A DNA stretch of 64,000 bases from Octopus vulgaris. Lineage: Eukaryota. How positions within the stretch are numbered: position 1 is the stretch's first letter; every line of letters begins with the position of its first letter. Positions 53,764 to 64,000 of the stretch are shown here, piece by piece. A model generated the notes under the pieces. The model made no database searches. It saw nothing but the letters and a program-made list of their open reading frames with translations, and had not been told where the DNA came from. A program made the translations under genes and the position numbers. The stretch lies in contig OX597815.1 of NCBI GenBank assembly GCA_951406725.2, positions 78,368,001 to 78,432,000 of the forward strand. Reading direction: 5' to 3'.

Positions 53764-55454
53764 CAATCACGAATTCTCCCGTATACCTGCATACAAACAC
53801 ACACACACACACAAACATATGTGTGCGGGCGCGCACGTGTATGTATGTATGTATGTATGTATGTATGTATGTATGTATGTATGTATGTATGTATGTATGT
53901 ATGTATTTAAACGCACACTCACGATTTGTTTTCTCGTAGTTTCCGTCTACAAGACATTCATTAAGAAAACGAGATGAGAAACGTTTGATCAAAGTATCGC
54001 AGAGTAGGATCGAATCTGCAGCGACGTGACTACTAAACAAACTTCTCAACCTGGCAGCCAAGTCTGCGTCGCCTTATATAATCTTTTTTCTGTGAAGGAT
54101 ATATCAAAAACTTTTTTACTCCAAATTCACTAGCTTTTATTAAATCCGGAGTAATTTGCCATAGCTATAGTTCTCTCGTATGAAGGGATAGAGATTGTTA
54201 GGGATTTAGAAGAGTCTTGATGTTTCTTAGAAAATATTTTAACTAGTTACGGTACTCTTATTTCAAGCGCATTCGAAAAAAAACCTTTGTTGGGATTAAA
54301 ATACAAGCAAGATATTATGCTTTATCAGTCAGCAGAAACATGATTGATAATTCGCTGAAGTTTGATACTATTTCGTTGCTGTCTTTAGTAATATCCAAAA
54401 AAATTACATAGGGAGCTCTAATCTACGCAAATATCTCAGAAACAAGTGAAGGGTGGCAATACTGAAAGGAGTAACATATGAAAATATGTGATTTATATAA
54501 TTATCAGTGCAGAATATTTGAACTAACGTCGGACGCTGCAAACGAAATGGATAAGATACAACACGAATAATATATCACAGCGCAAAATTAGATTATCTGC
54601 CTGATTAAGATTAATTTGAGAATGTTTGAGAATGCGGTGGTTTGTAAAAAACCCTTCGGTGAATGGGGATAACTGAGCAACAAATAGTTGGAAACCACTG
54701 TTCTGCAGCTTATAGAAATCCTTCACAGAGGTATATATTTACACATAAAAAGAAAAACAGAACCCCTTCCTACATTCTAACACAGTAGTTTTATACCACA
54801 TTAGACACCTTTCTTTCTTTCTTTTCTTCCTTTCTATGTCATTAAATACTGCGAGTGGTTTACATAAATATTCTGTTTCATGGAGGTGAGATAATAAGAT
54901 GTAATAATTAGGGTAAATGACTTCACTGTTAATAGTTAAGAGATATACATCAATGGATGATTAACATTCTTACCCGGGGGGCGGGAATGAAAGTTTAGTC
55001 TGGCATGGATAATTCGTAAGTAGTAGAATGACGTCGGTCGGTAAACGAAGATATCAAAACTGTGTTGCAATCACCACTAATCGGCATTCACTGTGGGTTC
55101 ATTTTCTCGTCGTAAGGGGGATCAGGTGTGAAAAAAAATATATTAAAAGAGGATTTTTAATAAATATATAAATAACATCATGAGGGTGCATGGCCTATTG
55201 GTTAGGGTGTTACACTCACGATCGCGAGATTTGCTTTCAATTCCTGGACTGTTGTGCGTTGTTCTTGAAGAAAACACTGCATTTCATGTTGCTCTGCTAT
55301 TACTTCGACACCTAACTTGTGGTACACCGTGCACCTGTTCAGGCAACATTACACCAGTGCCTAAACTACGACATTATTTCTCTCTTCATTAAGGCATTCC
55401 TGATCCAATTTAAAGCTAGTGAATTTAAAGAGGAAATAGCTTAAACACCTACTA

Positions 55455-55829
55455 TTAGACCAGAAATAAAAAGGAAACATAGACACTGGTTCACATCCCC
55501 TTACTCTCCCGAAGTGACCTTTAATATAGGTAAATATTTCTTGTCACTTATAGATAGACATTTTCCAATACATCACAAATATAGAAAACTCTTTAACAGA
55601 CATAACCTAAAAATTAGTTTTAGTTCCACCCCAAACTTTAAAAGCATAATACCATACAATACAACACAACAACACGACGCCGGCTGTTCCTGCAGGGATA
55701 AAGACTTGTGCTCCCTAAATGGCGGCTGTATGACCGAGGCCATTATTTATGAGGCCACTTAAATTCCATGAATGCTATGTGTGTGCGCGCGCGCGCGTGC
55801 GTGCATGTGTGTGTGTGCGCGCGTGCGTG

Positions 55830-55868
<39 letters not shown>

Positions 55869-56260
55869 ATGTATATATGTATATATATATGTATATATTT
55901 ATGTATATATATATATATATATATCCAAGGGATATGTGGGTCTCACAGAGGGAAATTTCAAAGCAAGATTCAACAGTCACACCTTAAGCTTCAGTCACCA
56001 GAATAAACGAAAAACTACCAAATTATCCAGTTATATATGGTTCTTAAAAGAACAAAGTGTCAACTACAGGTTTTACTGGAAGATCTTAGTCAAGTGTAAA
56101 CCTTATACAAACGGTAGTGGCAAGTGCGGTCTTTGTAATATGGAAAGACGTCTCAACTAGAAAAGTTCCTTGGATCCCGCTACATGTTTAAATTCAAGAA
56201 CTGGACTTTTGGGCGCATGTCCATACGTCACAAAATACCTGTTACGGTTTTGTCCCCCAC
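55455..56260 (+). pseudogene. Penelope-like element C-terminus: linker + GIY-YIG endonuclease (Naiad-like), interrupted by a microsatellite
   Basis: WFTSPYS..VTFNIGKYFLSLIDRHFP..KLFNRHNLKISFSSTPN, CSC..LCSLNGGC..AIIYEAT, then YVGLTEGNFKARFNSH..TKLSSYIW.LK..W.I..C.PY..KCGLC, LNSR. Confidence 0.8.
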
Positions 56261-56452
56261 TCCAGATCACGGCTAGAATCCACATTTCTACTATGTTCCT
56301 GTACAAGCTTTCCCATATGTTTTAACTTCCATTAATATTTTATTTTTTATGTTTTATTTTCAAATATATTTTTTTCATTTTTTTCCCTTTGCCTTTTTAA
56401 TTGTGTGTGTGTGCACGTGCGTGTGTTTATATGTATGTATATATGTTATATT

Positions 56453-56491
<39 letters not shown>

Positions 56492-56740
56492 ATGTATGTA
56501 TATGAGTGTAAGACTGTGTCCAGTGTATATGTGCGACTTTCATGCACACGCGTCCTTCATTTATACGGATGTGCATATGTTTGTATATATGCGGGAGTGT
56601 GAATGTGTGTCTGTGTATATATACGTATTTTTATACGTATAAATGTCTAAATATATATATTATGTTACGTGTAAGCATGTAAGAACCTATGGGTATATGA
56701 GGATGAGGTTGCGTACACATATACATATATAAATATATAT

Positions 56741-56773
<33 letters not shown>

Positions 56774-57257
56774 GTGTGTGTGCGTTTATGTGTGGCTATG
56801 TGTGTATGTATGAGTACGTACATACGTATACGTTTGCGTATGTATATGTGCATGTACGTATACATGTTTGTAGGTGTACGTATGTGGACGTTGTGAATGC
56901 AGGAGGTTTATGTCTATGCATTGTGAGAACATGGTTGCGCTTATTTTTCATCTTTTTTCTTTTTCTACCTATTAGAGTAACTTCCCTTTTATTCAACAGT
57001 TTTTCATAGCGTCTGTTGCCATTAATAACCAACGAGAATGTATCGTAGCTCTTCGCTCCGACATTCGAAACTCCGAGTACTATAATGACAAACTTTTACT
57101 GTTTGTTCTAAATTATAATATATATGTATGTATGTGTATATATATATGTATGTATGTGTATATATATTGTAAAACAATGGTTTTTCCGTTTTCTACGTCT
57201 TTGTGGTGTCCTCACGTATATATAGTTATATATGCATGTATATGTACATGTAGATGT

Positions 57258-57707
57258 AGCCATGTTAAAGAGGCTACGAATATTACTTGTCAGTACAACT
57301 ACTGTGTTGATCTCTTAGAGAGATTTTAGAACTAACATTTTTGCTTGTAGCAAAATCAGCGACTGTGTGTCCACTTGAAATATATATGTTGCGTGCAGAA
57401 TCGAACTGCTATCATCTTTAGCAGACGAGATGACTAGTAGTGAGGAGAAGCAGAAATAGCCCGAAACCAGGACTGGTCTACTGGTCCTGTCGCTAGGAGA
57501 TGATAGGGGTTCGCTCCCCTCCTCGCAATTTTATCGGATGCAGCTGTGCATCGTTAACCAGGTAAAGGAGATGTCCTCTTGCGGTTAAAAAATCGCAGTA
57601 GAGTCCACTCGAACGGACAGCCGTGTTAAAGTGGCTACGAATATTTCTTTTCAGTACAACTACTGAATTGATCTCTTAGAGAGATTTTAGAACTAGCATT
57701 TTTGCTT
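57258..57707 (+). repeat. 89-bp direct repeat pair (pLTR-like) bracketing a degenerate hammerhead
   Basis: 57258-57346 and 57619-57707 share aagtggctacgaatatt..cagtacaactactg..gatctcttagagagattttagaacta.catttttgctt; HHR-like fold at 57432-57486. Confidence 0.7.
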
Positions 57708-58398
57708 ATTTATAGTGGTGGTGGATCTCCGTCGTTTGATAATGATAATTCTTTTCTTGAATCAACTAAATTACCTGCTTCTGATTTTGAGTGTAAGTGT
57801 CTGACATGTGTACCCTTAATATAATTTAGCATAACACAGGATGTAGCAAGGTGGTAGCTTTGGGAATTACAGGTGCAATCCACTCTGACAGGCTTTCTGG
57901 GCAATTTCCTTCAACTCAGTAAGAAATAAACCGACTCGAAGGTGTTGAAACTGTCATTTGCACATTTGCAAAGCAGTTGGATCGATCCCGGAACCTCGAG
58001 ATTGCAAAGAAAACTTCTTGACCATCTGACTGTAAAGTGAATACGCGCGAGCGTGTGTATGCAATCAGTCTAATTTTATTTGATAACATCACCTACATGT
58101 AATTCTTATAGAAAATTGCGTACATTCATAATCTCATTGGCTTCCAAACACGTGACCTGTTGTTTGGTTTGAATCATTGCAGGCCGTAGTAGGTTATTTG
58201 GCGAATGACCAGCGAAAAGTGAATCTATTTTTAAATATATACTAATTAATTCTTGCAAAATGGAAAGAAATTCCTCTTTGTTCTAAATCAGAAGCAGTAA
58301 GGAAGTAGGAGCCTACTAGTGTACCACCGACAACTATGTTTAAACCTTGATGTAGAAACAAAACAAAAGACTTTGTTGATTTGATTTGCTGCTAGCTA

Positions 58399-58458
<60 letters not shown>

Positions 58459-58521
58459 GGTATGTACGTATGTATGTATGTATGTATGTATGTATGTATG
58501 TATGTATGTATGTATTCTTGG

Positions 58522-58570
<49 letters not shown>

Positions 58571-58625
58571 GTATATATATATATGTATGCATCGTTTGTA
58601 TGTATATATACACACGCAAATCCTT

Positions 58626-58668
<43 letters not shown>

Positions 58669-58798
58669 CCTTTGTATGTATGTATGTATGTACGTATGTA
58701 TATTTCTAAGGTTATCTCTACAAATTTTATATAGAATTCAGAGCCAGTGCTGTATGCATGATCTTTGCTTCCCTTAAGCAGGAATTTGATCAGGAAGC

Positions 58799-58881
<83 letters not shown>

Positions 58882-60976
58882 CTGTACACAACAAAATCAT
58901 AGTATTATTTTTTAGTGTCATTTTGGCGTCGCCATATATTTAGTTAACCTGTTATAAGTCAACAATTTCGTTTTTCTATTCCTTTAACTTTCTATTCCTT
59001 TAACTTTTGCAATTTAACAGGTAACAGAACATCAGACATAGCAGAATAATTACCGCACCGGACAAAATGCTTACCTGTGTTTCTTACGGCTCTTTACATT
59101 CTAAGTTCGAAGTCTACTAATGTCGACTCGGCCTTTTATCATTTCAGGGTTGATAAAATAAGTACTAGTTAAGCACTGAGGTTGATGCAGTCGACTAGCC
59201 CTCTCCCACAAGGTTTCAGGCCCTGTCCCCAAAACAGAAGGCATTTTTTAGGCGGCGAGCTGGAATAATCGTTAGCCGGACGAAATGCTTAGCATTTGGT
59301 CCGTTTTTACGATCTGAGTTCAAATTCCGCCGATGTCGACTTTGCCTTTCATCTTTTCGGGGTCGATAAATTAAGTATCAGTGAAACACTAAGGTTGATG
59401 TAATCGACTAATCCCCTTCCGCCAACTTCAGGCCTTGTGCCTTTAGTAGAAGGGGTTATTATTGGTGCAGATAATGAATAATGCTGCGTAGTAAAACGAA
59501 TCATATACAATCGCTGATTAAATGCTGCTTTTGTAGACCACATCAAGTTTCATTATTGGATTTGGATGCATCTTCAGACCACTATCTCTTTTCGAGCAGA
59601 TATATAACCAAGAGTCAGCCTTTTATTTTTCATGCATGTTGAAGCTTATACTAACGTTATTCAAAGTAGTCGGGGTACGTTTTGAGACAAACTCCAACCA
59701 GTAGCTCCATGCAAATGTAATTATTGTCTAACATTTTGTTTAAGTTTTGTGTTTTCGCAAATTAGACGATTAAATTGGAGATCTATTTTAACATTTGCGG
59801 AGCCCCTCTGTTGAAATACTGGCTACTCCTGTGTAGCGCTGTTCATATTTTAAGACGGTAGGATGCGTTTTGAGTGAGATTCCATTACTATTTCTTGCAG
59901 TTCGAGAAAATTTTCACTCTGTAAGTACCTTATCAAAATTAATAAAAATTTTTTCATTTCAAGTTGGCTAATATGCACGTTCCAACAGTTTCGTACAAGT
60001 AAACAAGACATTCACTAGCAGAAAAATTTGTACAATTCTGTCAATTGATAATTGAAATTTCGGTTTTCGGTACCTTCAGAATCATGTATGTTCTATTAGT
60101 CTCGCTATATATTAGTCATTATCCAGATATCTACCCAGTTAAATAACGCAGCATCCTTGGTTCAAACTGAAGATGAATGAGACACGACGACTATGTGAAA
60201 AACCCGATCGTTCAATTGTCAAATCAAATGTTTTTCAATGAAGGGTTTATTTTTTTTGATACAGGCTTGTTTATGAATTAATTCATGTCATCAACTGAAT
60301 CGTTTAAAGGTAATAGTGCCATTGTGATCTGTAATTATTTGAAACGTTCTAGTTGTTTTCTCCAAAGTCTAATAATGGTTTCAAATTTTGCCACAAGACC
60401 AGCAATTTCGAGGGAGGGGTAAGTTGATTACATCGACCCCGAAAGGATGAAAGGCAAAGTCGATCGCGGCGGAATTTGAACTCAGAATGCTAGATGGACG
60501 AAATGCAGCTAAGCATTTTGACCGGCGCCTTGGAAACATATTGGACTATCAGAATTTCCTCCATTTCCTGTAAATGTTTGCCTCAATTACATATGTTTTA
60601 AATACCAGAAGTATATATTCATAGTGCAATTTTACGTACATAATATGAATGTTGATCAACTGAGGTTATCGATGCAATTAGTTGATATAAACTCCTCTGG
60701 GACATTTAAAATCTACAAGAAGCGGACAGGGAAGATTCCTCTAGTAACATCAATTAATTGAAATTTTGAGAAAATATAAAAAGTGCAATATGGGATTGAA
60801 CCTGGTCTTTATGCCAACTAGTGATAGCAACGGACATGCTTCAGTTTTGTTAAACTTCTTCAGTGAAGCATATTCTATTCAGTTGGCAAGACTAAATGTT
60901 ATCAACAAATATATACAAACATATTTATGTGTGTGTGTGTGTGTTTTGTGTGTGAATGTATATATGTGTGCATATA

Positions 60977-61048
<72 letters not shown>

Positions 61049-61934
61049 CACGTACATGATGCCTGCGTACATACATACATACATAAATACATTAAGAGAG
61101 GAGGTGATGTAATGGTACTCATGTGATATTAATTTGCTTAAATACTATAAGTGTTCCGCATTTTCTGCAGAATGTTTGGCATAATATAATACAAACAATG
61201 ATCATGCACGGCAGCTTGAACAACCATTAGCACAAAGGAAACATGATAGCGTCTGCAACAACAAAAGCACCACATGCCGTTTTAATTACCATTGCCACCC
61301 GCAAAGCTTCAGATTTTATTCCGCACTACATGCTTATAATCAAAATCTTAATACTAAAAAAGCTTCCCGAAGAAATAGCGCTAAATAATGACAGCGAGCT
61401 AACTCAGAGGTTGTCAAGTCTACGTTGACTACAGTAACAACACAGCTTGCTTATCTAGAAACTATAACTTCCCGAATGAGGTGATGCAAGTATCCGTCCT
61501 CTCATGCATTCTTTTTAACTAGAACTTACATGAACTTACTTTGTAACCGACAAAGCACACACAACTTCAAATGTAAATGCCATCGTGTTCACCTCCTTCC
61601 ACTATTCCTTAGATATAACTCAAAACCACATCAACTATCAGTATCTATCAAATGTGCCGCCTCACTTTTTAAGAACACCACCAAAGAATAGAAAATACAA
61701 CCAAAACTCACATACAACAACACACTGACAAAATATATATTAGAAATTATATACAATATTTCTACATTTCCGATGCCTGTTCCCTATATACCATTAGATT
61801 TTGGTTGTTCAAGTAGACGACTCGCCGCAAAATCTCACTAAGGACACTCAGTCACCACAGTTGGATTTACACAGCTAAACAACGCTAAAGTACTAACGAT
61901 ACGTTCGACTTATCATGCATAATACCAGTCTTTT

Positions 61935-63050
61935 TTCTTTTTTCTGGTAGTGCTGTGAACCCTAGTGTCACCTTTCATACTTTTTAAAATTATATCTAAT
62001 GCTCTAATTACAGCTGGTATTGTTTTCACCCTCATGCCCCATATCTTGAATGTTTCAATTTCAAGCTCCTTGTATTTTGATAGCTTTTTCTCACTTCTTT
62101 GGGGGAAATATTTTCATCAGAAGGGATTGTGGTATCTACCAGGGTGCTTATATTTGTTTTCCAGCCTTTTACTATAATGTCAGGACGGTCTGTCGAGGCT
62201 GACTTAGCCTGTCATCATTTCGGAGTTGATGAAATAAGTATCAGTTGAGTACTGGGGTCGATGTAATTAACTAAATCCATCTCCCAAAATGTCAGCCCTT
62301 GCGCCTACAGTAGAAAGAATTATTATGTCAGGACGGTTCACCTTGGGCTCTTTGTCATTTTGGACGGGCATATCTCAGATTATTGTAGCCTGGTCGTTGT
62401 CACGTACTGTGTTCTGTACATGCTTGTACCTCTTCTTATTTGCTTTCACATTGAAGTGTTGGCATGGCATATTGCCTACTGAATGTTGCTACCAACATGA
62501 GTTGACCTATGTATGTACTCAGATTTGGCAAAGACTGGGCAATCAGAGATGATGTGAACCGTTTCGTTGTACGGGTTGCTTATTCTGCATTTGATGTTGG
62601 GAACGTTTTCATTATTTTACTTTTATAAGTATTTCTGGCCAGACATTGGTCTTGTGCAAGAAGGATCAATCCCTCCGTTTCAACTTTTAAGTTAAACCGG
62701 AGCTTTTGAGCCATTGCTGATTGCACCGCTTCTTATTTCTTCCCTTGCAGGGCATTGGTCGTGGAGTGGTTTTGCTCCCCATTTCTTCTTGAGTATGCTT
62801 TGTAATTTCGTTTTCATCATGTTTTTTTTTTATCTCTTTAACCATTTCTGTTATGTTGTTACCTGAATTTATTGTTTCAGTACAATTTGTTCCTGCTTTG
62901 TATTTTATCGTCTTCTTGTGTATAGATAAAAGCTATGGGTTATTTTCCCCCATGTTTTTATATTATGAGTTACATTCTTGGTCTCTTAAGAATTTGTCCA
63001 GTTCAACTGCTGTTATTTTGTACAGATTTTTTAGTTGTGTCAGGGATAGG
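61935..63050 (-). pseudogene. Dong/R4-clade non-LTR retrotransposon 3' remnant (zinc knuckle + RLE)
   Basis: Minus strand: KKWGAKPLH..LKVETEGLILLAQDQCL..IKCR..NETVHIISDCPVFAKSEY..DMPVQNDKEPKVNRPDIIVK..LVDTTIPSDENISPKE..KYKELEIE..W..IPAVIRAL; abuts (TAA)n at 63053-63105. Confidence 0.8.
62190..62324 (+). mobile_element. 5'-truncated Meta-like SINE with 13-bp TSD inside the R4 endonuclease
   Basis: TSD ATGTCAGGACGGT at 62177-62189 and 62325-62337. Confidence 0.85.
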
Positions 63051-63057
63051 TATATTA

Positions 63058-63106
<49 letters not shown>

Positions 63107-63924
63107 TGAGGCTTTGTAATTGTTGTTGCTGTTATATACTTTCGTTTATTATCACTAATTATTTTTATGCGTGTACAGGCCTACGTATGCACAATCCAGC
63201 ATACGCATTAAAAAAGCCCAATTAATTGCACCAGTCCGGAAACAAATAACGTAGTCTGATCCTACATTTGAGATTGGACTTTCATGCGATATTCATGTTT
63301 CATCAAGGGCGAAAGAGAGCCAATTAACGATACTGTCCGTGATTGTTCTGTCGTCGAGAAATCAGCAGCTAAGCTTTCTCAAATCACACCCAACCGCATT
63401 AAAAAAAAGAAGGATGTTTGAATAATAGTCATCTTTAAACTTTTACCTGTTTTCAGTCAAAATCGACTATAGTACTTATCTTTTCAGTCTAGTACTTGTT
63501 TAATAGGTCTCTTTCGCTAAACCACCACGTTATAAGGATGCAAACAAGCCGACACCAATTGTCAAGTGGTGAAGATGACAAACCAGAAACACAAAGGCAC
63601 ACAAACACAAGTACACACACAAACATATATACACACATATACACACTCATATGTGTGTGGGAGGTATGTATATGTATGAATTTATGTGTGTGTATATATA
63701 TGCTCTTTTACTCTTTTACTTGTTTCAGTCATTTGACTGCGGCCATGCTTGAGCATCGCCTTTTAGTCGAGCAAATTGACCCCAGGACTTATTCTTTGTA
63801 AGCCTAGTACTTATTCTATCGGTCTCTTTAGCCGAACCGCTAGGTTACGGGGACGTAAGCACACCAGCACCGGTTGTCAAGCGATGTTGGGGGGACAAAC
63901 ACAGACACACAAACGTATACACAC

Positions 63925-63993
<69 letters not shown>

Positions 63994-64000
63994 TACTACG

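Overview
Repeat-dominated, AT-rich eukaryotic DNA. The SINE families and microsatellite load look like an Octopus (cephalopod) genome; this is recognition from memory, not a database hit. Almost all ORFs in the track are microsatellite artefacts, and no host gene can be called with confidence. The one intact long ORF (16844-19609) is ORF2 (APE endonuclease + RT) of a 5'-truncated CR1-clade LINE; it has no AUG ahead of the endonuclease and is preceded by an in-phase G-GGA-AAC slippery site. Other elements: a full-length mariner with 31-bp TIRs and two frameshifts; a three-level nest (mariner > hAT-type insertion > CsRn1-type Gypsy remnant); decayed L1/Tx1, RTE, Dong/R4, Penelope-like (GIY-YIG) and Chapaev-like remnants; GG-terminated foldback MITEs with 8-bp TSDs; four tRNA-SINE types; two degenerate hammerhead-ribozyme motifs; and a templated inverted duplication inside a (TA)n tract. 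A CpG-rich, hairpin-dense island with NRF1/ETS/YY1-like motifs at about 38.77-39.1 kb precedes about 2 kb of largely repeat-free sequence and is the best candidate for an unannotated functional host element.
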